A DNA stretch of 64,000 bases from Eledone cirrhosa (lineage: Eukaryota): assembly GCA_964016885.1 (NCBI GenBank), contig OZ024741.1, positions 283,960,001 to 284,024,000 on the forward strand, written 5' to 3'. The notes under the pieces were generated by a model. The model was not told the DNA's origin and did no database searches. It saw nothing but the letters and a program-made list of their open reading frames with translations. Of this stretch, positions 1 to 11,999 are shown in pieces. The position numbers were made by a program, and so were the translations under genes. The stretch's first letter is position 1. The number at the start of each line of letters is the position of its first letter.

Positions 1-163
1 AGTATCGGTAGAGGGTCGGACGCCATTCTTTGACGCATAGAGTTACGGCTGTTGCCATTCTGAGTTAAAATCCCGCCGAGGTTAACTTTTCCTTTCATCC
101 TCACGGGGTCGATAAAATAAAGTACCAGTAATGTACTGGGTAATTGTTGGCCTTGTGCCAATT
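1..163 (+). mobile_element. tRNA-derived SINE, cut by the window edge
   Basis: B-box-like GAGTTAAAATCC followed by CCTTTCATCC..GGGGTCGATAAAATAAAGTACCAG (resembles the Deu/Nin-type SINE domain); closely similar copy at 16672-16868. Confidence 0.75.
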
Positions 164-375
164 ATTGTGATATTAAATTTATATATTCTAGTTGTATACC
201 TATAACTCTAATTTGGTGAGTAGTATATGTGTATCAGTGTATAATAGTTAGTAAAATATATTTAGTTACTGAACGTTATATTTTTATCACTGATAAATTT
301 TAATTGCGTCTTTAGGCTTCCATGGAATTTTAACGTTTTTCCAGCAGTGTTTGAATTGTTTATACTTTTCGCAGA

Positions 376-524
376 GGCAGTGAATTGACAGAGTCGTTAA
401 AACTTTGGATAGAATGTTTTTCAGTACTTGTTCCGACTCTCTGTGTTCAAATCTTGCCGAGGCCAACTTTGCTTTCATCCATTTGAGGTCGCTAAAAAGT
501 ACCAGTTAGGTACTGGGGTCGATT
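376..524 (+). mobile_element. tRNA-derived SINE, diverged copy of the same superfamily
   Basis: GTTCAAATC B-box, then GCTTTCATCC..GAGGTCG..AAGTACCAG..TACTGGGGTCGAT. Confidence 0.7.
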
Positions 525-748
525 CTTCCTCTATATCTCTTTCTCACTTCTTTTCTCTCACTCTCTATCATTCTCTTGAAAAAATCTGCTGCATTTTGAC
601 CTGGAGAGGAGATGGGCTCCGCCAGGTATAAAAATGTCATAGAAAAGGCGTATATCAATATGGTACTCCTACGACTCCTTTGGGGGTTACGGATCCATAC
701 ATACATATACTTTTCGAACGTATGTGCATGTAAGGTAAATATTTGTAT

Positions 749-801
749 TTAATCGATTCTGATGAACTTATATTTTAATGAAACAGTCGTAAATCTATTA
801 A
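749..801 (+). ncRNA. minimal type I hammerhead ribozyme
   Basis: ttaatcgatt-CTGATGA-acttatattttaat-GAAA-cagtc-GTA-aatctattaa; stem I arms complementary, stem II weak. Confidence 0.6.
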
Positions 802-1515
802 ATTATTTAATTTAAATCCTTGTTAATCCTTATTCTTACGTGTGTGTGGGGGGGAGTAGGGTTTCAGGAAGATATGTAGGCGTGAAAGGGGGTTAGAAAA
901 ACAGCATTTATTAATTGAGTCCATGAGGTGTGAAATTTGAAGAGAGAGTATAAATTGTTGCTATCAGTAAAAGCAAGAGTTTGGTGAGCTGGTGTATAAA
1001 TCCAAGCCAAATACTAATGGATGATTGCGAGGAGTGGTCCAAGGAGCAAAAATAGTAAGAGACAGTGTATAACAAGCACGGGCAACCTGTTTTGAGCAGC
1101 AGGCCAGAATGGATGTGGCTCATCATAGAGCAATTTTGAAATTAGTCATACTATTCAGAAAGCCAAATTTGTCGCATGTGGTACAGTGCCGCAATTTGCC
1201 CATGACTGGTATATAACAACCCCACCAATGTTTAAAATAAAAATGATCCTTGATACAAACCTGCAGCTGGTTTCAATGATTGGTTTAATAATACAAGTAT
1301 TATGGCTGTTTTGATGATCAAAAATGGAGATCCTTTGTTCATCTCTGTTGGAATAAGAGGAAGAAAGAGAAAAAAACATAGTAGTAGTAGTAATGGTGGG
1401 AGGGGAGTAATTAGCTACACTGACAACATTAGAGGTATTTTTCTGATACTCTTAGGATTCTGTTAATGCATTTTATTATCAAATAAATATAATTATAGCT
1501 AGTTGTTTTAGTTAG

Positions 1516-4500
1516 GTGGTGCTAGCTGCCAAAGTATGTATATTGTATATGGTCCTAGCTGCAAAAGGGTGTATATTGTATAAGGTGCTAGCTGCCAAAG
1601 GGTGTATATTGTATAAGGTGCTAGCTGCCAAAGGGTGTATATTGTATATGGTCCTAGCTGCCAAAGAGTGTATATTGTATATGGTGCTAGCTGCCAAAGG
1701 GTGTATATTGTATATGATGCTAGCTGCTAAAGAGTGTATATTGTATAAGGTGCTAGCTGCCAAAGGGTGTATATTGTATATGATGCTAGCTGCCAAAGTA
1801 TGTATATTGTATATGGTGCTAGCTGCCAAAGGGTGTATATTGTATACGATGCTAGCTGCCAAAGGGTGTATATTGTATACGATGCTAGCTGCCAAAGGGT
1901 GTATATTGTATATGATGCTAGCTGCCAAAGGGTGTATATTGTATAAGGTGCTAGCTGCCAAAGGGTGTATATTGTATATGATGCTAGCTGCCAAAGAGTG
2001 TATATTGTATATGGTGCTAGCTGCCAAAGGGTGTATATTGTATACGATGCTAGCTGCCAAAGAGTGTATATTGTATAAGGTGCTAGCTGCCAAAGGGTGT
2101 ATATTGTATATGGTGCTAGCTGCCAAAATAAGTATATTGTATATGGTGCTAGCTGCTAAAGGGTGTATATTGTATATGGTGCTAGATGCCAAAGGGTGTA
2201 TATTGTATATGATGCTAGCTGCTAAAGAGTGTATATGGTGCTAGCTGCTAAAAGGTGTATATTGTATATGATGCTAGCTGCCAAAGGGTGTATATTGTAT
2301 ATGGTGCTAGCTGCCAGAGGGTGTATATTGTATATGGTGCTAGCTGCCAAAGGGTGTATATTGTATATGGTGCTAGCTGCCAAAGGGTGTATATTGTATA
2401 AGGTGCTAGCTGCCAAAATAAGTATATTGTATATGGTGCTAGCTGCCAAAATAAGTATATTTTATATGGTGCTAGCTGCCAAAGGGTGTATATTGTATAT
2501 GGTGCTAGCTGCCAAAGGGTGTATATTGTATATGGTGCTAGCTGCCAAAGGGTGTATATTGTATATGGTGCTAGCTGCCAAAGGGTGTATATTGTATATG
2601 GTGCTAGCTGCCAAAGGGTGTATATTGTATATCGTGCTAGCTGCCAAAGGGTGTATATTGTATAAGGTGCTAGCTGCCAAAGGGTGTATATTGTATAAGG
2701 TGCTAGCTGCCAAATGGTGTATATTGTATAAGGTGCTAGCTGCCAAAGAGTGTATATTGTATATGGTGCTAGCTGCCAAAGGGTGTATATTGTATACGAT
2801 GCTAACTGCCAAAGGGTGTATATTGTATATGGTGCTAGCTGCCAAAGGGTGTATATTGTATAAGGTGCTAGCTGCCAAAGAGTGTATATTGTATAAGGTG
2901 CTAGCTGCCAAAGAGTGTATATTGTATATGGTGCTAGCTGCCAAAGGGTGTATATTGTATACGATGCTAGCTGCCAAAGGGTGTATATTGTATATGATGC
3001 TAGCTGCCAAAGGATGTATATTGTATATGGTGCTAGCTGCCAAAGGGTGTATATTGTATATGATGCTAGCTGCCAAAGGGTGTATATTGTATATGGTGCT
3101 AGCTGCCAAAGGGTGTATATTGTATACGATGCTAGCTGCCAAAGGATGTATATTGTATATGGTGCTAGCTGCCAAAGGGTGTATATTGTATATGGTGCTA
3201 GCTGCTAAAGGGTGTATATTGTATATGGTGCTAGCTGCCAAAGAGTGTATATTGTATATGGTGCTAGCTGCCAAAGGGTTATATTGTATACGATGCTAGC
3301 TGCCAAAGGGTGTATATTGTATATGATGCTAGCTGCCAAAGGATGTATATTGTATATGGTGCTAGCTGCCAAAGGGTGTATATTGTATATGATGCTAGCT
3401 GCCAAAGGTTGTATATTATATATGGTGCTAGCTGCCAAAGGGTGTATATTGTATATGATGCTAGCTGCCAAAGGGTGTATATTGTATATGGTGCTAGCTG
3501 CCAAAATAAGTATATTGTATATGGTGCTAGCTGCCAAAGGGTGTATATTGTATATGATGCTAGCTGCCAAAGGGTGTATATTGTATAAGGTGCTAGCTGC
3601 CAAAGGGTGTATATTGTATATGGTGCTAGCTGCCAAAATAAGTATATTGTATATGGTGCTAGCTGCCAAAATAAGTATATTGTATATGGTGCTAGCTGCC
3701 AAAGGGTGTATATTGTATATGATGCTAGCTGCCAAAGGGTGTATATTGTATATGGTGCTAGCTGCCAAAGGGTGTATATTGTATATGGTGCTAGCTGCCA
3801 TAGGGTGTATATTGTATATGGTGCTAGCTGCCAAAATAAGTATATTGTATATGGTGCTAGCTGCCAAAATAAGTATATTGTATATGGTGCTAGATGCCAA
3901 AGGGTGTATATTGTATATGATGCTAGCTGCTAAAGAGTGTATATGGTGCTAGCTGCTAAAAGGTGTATATTGTATATGATGCTAGCTGCCAAAGGGTGTA
4001 TATTGTATATGGTGCTAGCTGCCAAAGGGTGTATATTGTATATGGTGCTAGCTGCCAAAGGGTGTATATTGTATATGGTGCTAGCTGCCAAAGGGTGTAT
4101 ATTGTATAAGGTGCTAGCTGCCAAAATAAGTATATTGTATATGGTGCTAGCTGCCAAAATAAGTATATTTTATATGGTGCTAGCTGCCAAAGGGTGTATA
4201 TTGTATATCGTGCTAGCTGCCAAAGGGTGTATATTGTATATGGTGCTAGCTGCCAAAGGGTGTATATTGTATATGGTGCTAGCTGCCAAAGGGTGTATAT
4301 TGTATAAGGTGCTAGCTGCCAAATGGTGTATATTGTATAAGGTGCTAGCTGCCAAAGAGTGTATATTGTATATGGTGCTAGCTGCCAAAGGGTGTATATT
4401 GTATATGGTGCTAGCTGCCAAAGGGTGTATATTGTATATGATGCTAGCTGCCAAAGGATGTATATTGTATATCGTGCTAGCTGCCAAAGGGTGTATATTG

Positions 4501-7500
4501 TATATGATGCTAGCTGCCAAAATAAGTATATTGTATATGGTGCTAGCTGCCAAAGGGTGTATATTGTATATGGTGCTAGCTGCCAAAGGGTGTATATTTT
4601 ATAAGGAGCTAGCTGCCAAAGGGTGTATATTGTATATGATGCTAGCTGCCAAAGGGTGTATATTATATATGGTGCTAGCTGCCAAAGGGTGTATATTGTA
4701 TATGGTGCTAGCTGCCAAAGGGTGTATATTGTATAAGGTGCTAGCTGCCAAAGAGTGTATATTGTATAAGGTGCTAGCTGCCAAAGAGTGTATATTGTAT
4801 ATGGTGCTAGCTGCCAAAGGGTGTATATTGTATACGATGCTAGCTGCCAAAGGATGTATATTGTATATGGTGCTAGCTGCCAAAGGGTGTATATTGTATA
4901 TGATGCTAGCTGCCAAAGGGTGTATATTGTATATGGTGCTAGCTTCCAAAGGGTGTATATTGTATACGATGCTAGCTGCCAAAGGATGTATATTGTATAT
5001 GGTGCTAGCTGCCAAAGGGTGTATATTGTATATGGTGCTAGCTGCTAAAGGGTGTATATTGTATATGGTGCTAGCTGCCAAAGAGTGTATATTGTATATG
5101 GTGCTAGCTGCCAAAGGGTTATATTGTATACGATGCTAGCTGCCAAAGGGTGTATATTGTATATGATGCTAGCTGCCAAAGGATGTATATTGTATATGGT
5201 GCTAGCTGCCAAAGGGTGTATATTATATATGGTGCTAGCTGCCAAAGGGTGTATATTGTATACGATGCTAGCTGCCAAAGGGTGTATATTGTATATGATG
5301 CTAGCTGCCAAAGGGTGTATATTGTATATGGTGCTAGCTGCCAAAATAAGTATATTGTATATGGTGCTAGCTGCCAAAGGGTGTATATTGTATATGATGC
5401 TAGCTGCCAAAGGGTGTATATTGTATAAGGTGCTAGCTGCCAAAGGGTGTATATTGTATATGGTGCTAGCTGCCAAAATAAGTATATTGTATATGGTGCT
5501 AGCTGCCAAAATAAGTATATTGTATATGGTGCTAGCTGCCAAAGGGTGTATATTGTATATGATGCTAGCTGCCAAAGGGTGTATATTGTATATGGTGCTA
5601 GCTGCCATAGGGTGTATATTGTATAAGGTGCTAGCTGCCAAAGGGTGTATATTGTATAAGGTGCTAGCTGCCAAAGAGTGTATATTGTATATGGTGCTAG
5701 CTGCCAAAGGGTGTATATTGTATACGATGCTAGCTGCCAAAGGGTGTATATTGTATAAGGTGCTAGCTGCCAAAGGGTGTATATTGTATATGGTGCTAGC
5801 TGCCAAAATAAGTATATTGTATATGGTGCTAGCTGCCAAAATAAGTATATTGTATATGGTGCTAGCTGCCAAAGGGTGTATATTGTATATGGTGCTAGCT
5901 GCCAAAGGGTGTATATTGTATATGATGCTAGCTGCCAAAGGGTGTATATTGTATATGGTGCTAGCTGCCATAGGGTGTATATTGTATAAGGTGCTAGCTG
6001 CCAAAGGGTGTATATTGTATATGATGCTAGCTGCCAAAGGGTGTATATTGTATATGGTGCTAGCTGCCATAGGGTGTATATTGTATAAGGTGCTAGCTGC
6101 CAAAGGGTGTATATTGTATACGATGCTAGCTGCCAAAGGGTGTATATTGTATATGGTGCTAGCTGCCAAAGGGTGTATATTGTATATGATGCTAGCTGCC
6201 AAAGGATGTATATTGTATATGGTGCTAGCTGCCAAAGGGTGTATATTGTATATGATGCTAGCTGCCAAAGGGTGTATATTGTATATGGTGCTAGCTGCCA
6301 AAGGGTGTATATTGTATATGGTGCTAGCTGCCAAAGGGTGTATATTTTATAAGGAGCTAGCTGCCAAAGGGTGTATATTGTATATGGTGCTAGCTGCCAA
6401 AGGGTGTATATTATATATGATGCTAGCTGCCAAAATAAGTATATTGTATATGATGCTAGCTGCCAAAGGGTGTATATTGTATAAGGTGCTAGCTGCCAAA
6501 GGGTGTATATTGTATATGGTGCTAGCTGCCAAAATAAGTATATTGTATATGGTGCTAGCTGCCAAAGGGTGTATATTGTATATGATGCTAGCTGCCAAAG
6601 GGTGTATATTGTATAAGGTGCTAGCTGCCAAAGGGTGTATATTGTATATGGTGCTAGCTGCCAAAATAAGTATATTGTATATGGTGCTAGCTGCCAAAGG
6701 TGTATATTGTATAAGGTGCTAGATGCCAAAGAGTGTATATTGTATATGGTGCTAGCTGCCAAAGGTGTATATTGTATAAGCTGCTAGCTGCCAAAGGGTG
6801 TATATTGTATATGGTGCTAGCTGCCAAAGGGTGTATATTGTATATGGTGCTAGCTGACAAAGGGTGTATATTGTATATGATGCTAGCTGCCAAAGGGTGT
6901 ATATTGTATATGGTGCTAGCTGCCAAAGGGTGTATATTGTATAAGGTGCTAGCTGCCAAAGGGTGTATATTGTATATGGTGCTAGCTGCCAAAGGGTGTA
7001 TATTGTATATGGTGCTAGCTGCCAAAGGGTGTATATTGCATATGGTGCTAGCTTCCAAAGGGTGTATATTGTATATGATGCTAGCTGCCAAAGGATGTAT
7101 ATTGTATAAGGTGCTAGCTGCCAAAGGGTGTATATTGTATATGATGCTAGCTGCCAAAGGGTGTATATTATATATGATGCTAGCTGCCAAATGGTGTATA
7201 TTGTATATTGTGCTAGCTGCCAAAGGGTGTATATTGTATATTGTGCTAGCTGCCAAAGGGTGTATATTGTATATGGTGCTAGCTTCCAAAGGGTGTATAT
7301 TGTATATGGTGCTAGCTGCTAAAGGCTGTATATTGTATATGTTGCTAGCTGCTAAAGGGTGTATATTGTATATGTTGCTAGCTGCCAAATGGTTTATATT
7401 GTATATGGTGCTAGCTGCCAAAGGGTGTATATTGTATATAGTGCTAGCTGCTAAAGGCTGTATATTGTATATGTTGCTAGCTGCTAAAGGGTGTATATTG

Positions 7501-7655
7501 TATATGTTGCTAGCTGCCAAATGGTTTATATTGTATATGGTGCTAGCTGCCAAAGGGTGTATATTGTATATGGTGCTAGCTGCCAAAGGGTGTATATTGT
7601 ATATGGTGCTAGCTGCCAAAGGGTGTATATTGTATATGGTGCTAGCTGCTAAAGG
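1516..7655. repeat. 33-bp minisatellite array, ~185 units
   Basis: Consensus GGTGCTAGCTGCCAAAGGGTGTATATTGTATAT with recurrent variant units. Confidence 0.98.
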
Positions 7656-7699
7656 GAGTACTATAATGTAAAAGTATGTGTAATGTCTATGATGTGCAC

Positions 7700-7860
7700 A
7701 TTGTAGTGTCTATATTGTCGGTGTTGTGTATATTGTCTGTAGCGTGTATATTGTCTGTGATGTATATATTATTTGTGGTGTGTTTATTGTCTGTAGTGTG
7801 TATATTGTCTGTAGTGTGTATATAGTCTCTGGTATATTTATTCTCTGTGGTGTATATAAT
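7700..7860. repeat. degenerate ~18-bp tandem repeat
   Basis: TATATTGTCTGTAGTGTG-like units directly after the 33-bp array. Confidence 0.7.
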
Positions 7861-8213
7861 GCAACATTACAGTTCTGTTCGGAGCATATCAAGGAGCCGA
7901 AATAACAGAAGTAATCTTTATTTGGCCTTCATGTTTTTCTGTTTTTTTTCTGTTCAAATTCTAGCTGTCTGATGAGGTCATAGCTGTTGCATAAAAGTTA
8001 TCACCAAAATACATATAAACGAAGTTAATTTTAGCCTGTTGACTTATACTTCATGTTTATAAATATACTCTGGAGTAAACAGACACACATGCGCACTTCG
8101 TTGAGTGCTCTACCCTGCATACTGAAGAATCGGTGATTAACCAACACATACTCAAATTAATTACATATATACATATATATATATATACATATATATATGT
8201 ACACGTATATACC

Positions 8214-8310
<97 letters not shown>

Positions 8311-8469
8311 AAGTGTGGTAAGGAACCAGGTGGACTATAACGCACCAGAGTACTTGATACTATGGGTAGTAGAGTGGGTAATAGGAAAAGAGTCAGGACC
8401 CAGACGGCTGAGCTCCGGCCTTTTCGAAAGCTATTTCTGTTCAAAAATAGCTGTCGATATATATATATA

Positions 8470-8552
<83 letters not shown>

Positions 8553-8560
<8 letters not shown>

Positions 8561-8911
8561 ATAATTTGGGAGGGTCATGTTGCCAATAAGAAACACACGC
8601 ACCAGTTGCTTTCATTTCAATTTATTATAATAAATTTATAAATTTAGGAATTTATAAATTTCCGGTTGGTTGGTTCCACAACCAGATGGTTGTTTATATA
8701 TTGTCAAAGTTCTTTCGTCACATATTCTGTGACCTCTTCAGTGACCGGAAATTTATAAATTCCTAAATTTATAAATTTATTATAATAAATTAAAGTGAAA
8801 GCAACTGGTGCGTGTGTTTCTTATTGGCAACATGACCCTCCCAAAGTATAACAATATCGGTTTCAACACACGTTTTCAGATAAAGAATCTTGCTAAACAA
8901 ATTCAGAAACG

Positions 8912-8915
<4 letters not shown>
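8553..8915. mobile_element. fold-back PLE pLTR-like insert in (TA)n
   Basis: ~110-bp inverted arms at 8553-8666 and 8744-8857, HHR in the loop, unpaired tail to ~8915; termini shared with the 10134-10540 insert. Confidence 0.75.
8703..8745 (-). ncRNA. minimal type I hammerhead ribozyme
   Basis: Reverse complement gtca-CTGAAGA-ggtcac agaatat gtgac-GAAA-gaacTT-tgac. Confidence 0.8.
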
Positions 8916-8960
<45 letters not shown>

Positions 8961-9008
8961 AAGAGTGAAGAATAACATGGTCAACAGTACAAAAAGGGTT
9001 TTATGTAT

Positions 9009-9119
9009 AGTATTAACAATTGTTTCATTGATTAAGTTCTCTAATAATTGCTAATCACTTGAAGTTGTGTCACTCAATTTTAAATACAATGTATGCTTAA
9101 CCAAATCATCAGAAAAACT
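9009..9119 (-). ncRNA. hammerhead ribozyme with extended stem II (PLE 3' pLTR)
   Basis: Reverse complement CTGATGA-tttggttaag..cttaatcaat-GAAA-caattGTT; lies downstream of the GIY-YIG fragment at 9715-10110; stem I imperfect. Confidence 0.55.
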
Positions 9120-9714
9120 GATTAAAATTATACACAGCGTTTGTAATATACTAGGAAAATTCAAATCACAATAACAGTAATAATGAAAGTAAAAGAAAAA
9201 AAGAAAAAGAGAGAGAGAAAAAGAAAGAAGAAAATAGAAAAGAGAAAAAAGAAAAAAGATAAAGAAAAAATAATAAATAAATAAATAATAATAAATAAGT
9301 TAGAATGAAGATGATAAAAAATAAATTAAAAAAATGTATATGTGTGCGAAGAAAAGTGAACATAATATGATTGTTGAAAATAGTTGTGGTGTAGGTGGTT
9401 AAAATATAAAGATGTGATGGTATAAACATGAAAATACTAAATATATACATATATGTATTGGTTAAATTAATAAATTAATGAATTGGAAGTTATTTTAGAA
9501 GTGAAGAGAATACGATAGGATATAATGTAAGAGGTGAAATAGATTTAGGGAAAGAGAGTGAAAGAGAGAAAAGTTAGGAGTTCTGATGTTCATTCAGTGA
9601 TTAGTTGATTTATTGACAGTTAATAATAATAATAATGGATTATTATAATAGACTCAGGTGGTACAGTTTGAATTATGGAATTGTTGGTCGAATTAAGTTG
9701 GTTTGAAATTAGCG

Positions 9715-10110
9715 AATTTAGTAGCTGCTTTATGCCTACAGAAAATTGACCGTTAAATTTTGCTGTTAAACAGCATTTTGTCATATTTTAAAATATGGAG
9801 CAACTCCATATTGAAAAGTCCGCAGTGAGACATTGCATTTCTGTAGGCCTTTGCACCTGACAGTTTCAACCATCCTATCCTTGGTTTGTATCTTTAAGCT
9901 GCCAGACTTTATTGGCGAGCGTTGTTGTGTCCATTAGTCTACAGTTCTTTATAGAGTGTCTGTGGACATACCATCTTTTTTTTAACTCCACCGCCGTAGA
10001 ACCTATGTAGTGCCATGCTAAGTTGCGTGACTTTATAGTACACAGGTACACTATATTTGATTTCCAGGCATCTATTTTGTAGTGGACACTTATCCGGTAA
10101 GTGACAGTTA
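9715..10110 (-). pseudogene. Penelope-like GIY-YIG endonuclease fragment
   Basis: NIVYLC..YIGSTAVELKKRWYVHRHS..TTLANKVWQLK, then frameshifted CGLFNMELLHIL..FCRHK. Confidence 0.85.
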
Positions 10111-10133
10111 CATATACATATATATATATATAT

Positions 10134-10499
10134 ATATTGTTATACTTGGGGAGGGTCATATTTGTGTAATATTGCCAGAATTAATAACAGAACACACTCA
10201 CTGTATGGTTGGTTTTCGCTTCTCGCTTCTGTGTCTTTTATATCGGTAATCTAACTTACTCGGTCCTCAATGCTGCCATTCACTGACCGACGGTCAAAAA
10301 TAATACAGATACAATATATTGTATCTGTATTATTTTTGACCGTCGGTCAGTGAATGGCAGCATTGAGGACCGAGTAAGTTAGATTACCGATATAAAAGAC
10401 ACAGAAGCGAGAAGCGAAAACCAACCATACAGTGAGTGTGTTCTGTTATTAATTCTGGCAATATTACACAAATATGACCCTCCCCAAGTATAACAATAT
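10134..10499. repeat. perfect 366-bp palindrome (183-bp arms, no spacer)
   Basis: Centre ACAATA|TATTGT at 10316/10317; arms read as exact reverse complements. Confidence 0.92.
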
Positions 10500-10537
10500 T
10501 TGTTTCGACACACGATTTCATATAAAAAACCTCGCAA

Positions 10538-10635
<98 letters not shown>

Positions 10636-10650
10636 ATATATATATGTGTG

Positions 10651-10717
<67 letters not shown>

Positions 10718-10782
10718 GTAGGTCCCGGGTTGAGTCGGGGATAACCACAGTAAGTAAGGTACTCAATACATGGCAGAGTAAA

Positions 10783-10919
10783 AAAATTTTATTTTATAGA
10801 AAGAGCTTCTACAGGACTAGTACTGTTTCATTCAGATGAAACAGTACTAGTCAGGGCTTCCTGAAGATTTCATCTGAATGAAACAGTACTAGTCCTGTAG
10901 AAGCTCCTTCTATAAAATA

Positions 10920-10925
<6 letters not shown>
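10783..10925. mobile_element. fold-back pLTR-like insert
   Basis: 10783-10841 is the reverse complement of ~10868-10925; flanked by (TA)n. Confidence 0.75.
10854..10906 (+). ncRNA. type I hammerhead ribozyme
   Basis: gggcttc-CTGAAGA-tttca tc tgaat-GAAA-cag tactagtc ctGTA-gaagctc. Confidence 0.82.
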
Positions 10926-10954
<29 letters not shown>

Positions 10955-10959
<5 letters not shown>

Positions 10960-11691
10960 ACTAGAAATTGATTAACATATAAATATACATGAATAATCAC
11001 AGGAGATAATTTTTACAAGCGTGTAATCACGCATGGCTAGTTGGGTAATAAATAAATATATACCTTTAAGTATGATTAACCTTCCTTGTATATATCCCAT
11101 TAAAGAAATATATTTCACCAATTAATCAGATGGTAAGTCACGGAAAGTGGATATTATTGGATTGTCAACAAAGAAGAATAATGTCCAGCGATCCATGCTC
11201 ACACAGCGAGTTCAAATCCTCATCTGGCCGCTACCACGTGTTGTGTCTACACATCACAGCAGCTTCGTTTCAGTGGCGTGAATAGGTATTCGACAACTAG
11301 AAATAGCAGTCAAATTCCCTTCAACAGAAATAGCTCTACAATTAAGGAGCCGTATTTATATATCTATATCCAAAATTAAGATAAATTAAATGAATTCAAT
11401 CAAAATCGAAATTGTGGGTGTCATGCCATAACGGCGTGCGCCATATCGCCTGGAAATAAGCTCAAAGATATATCCGAGCATTTTATAATAACTAGAACTT
11501 GACTGCTATTTCTAGTTGTCGAATACCTATTATCTCCTGTGATTATTCATGTATGTTAATCAATTTCTAGTTATTATAAAATGCTCGGATATATCTTTGA
11601 GCTTATTTCCAGGCGATATGGCGCACGCCGTTATGGCATGACACCCACAATTTCGATTTGGATTGAATTCATTTAATTTATCTTAATTTTG
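10955..11691. repeat. composite inverted-repeat structure
   Basis: 11500-11691 is the reverse complement of three separate upstream segments (11281-11313, 10955-11010, 11371-11497). Confidence 0.8.
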
Positions 11692-11790
<99 letters not shown>

Positions 11791-11869
11791 GTGTGTATAT
11801 ATATATGTATATATATATATGTGTGTATATATATATATACATATATATATATATGTATATATATATATG

Positions 11870-11900
<31 letters not shown>

Positions 11901-11901
11901 G

Positions 11902-11994
<93 letters not shown>

Positions 11995-11999
11995 AATTA

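Noticed and set aside
1516-7655. CRISPR-like array
   Set aside because: Repeats are contiguous with no unique spacers, there are no cas genes, and the context is eukaryotic
1512-7671. Long ORFs (MVLAAKGCILY)n and (LAASTIYNIHP)n
   Set aside because: By-product of a stop-free 33-bp unit; open on both strands and broken by indels
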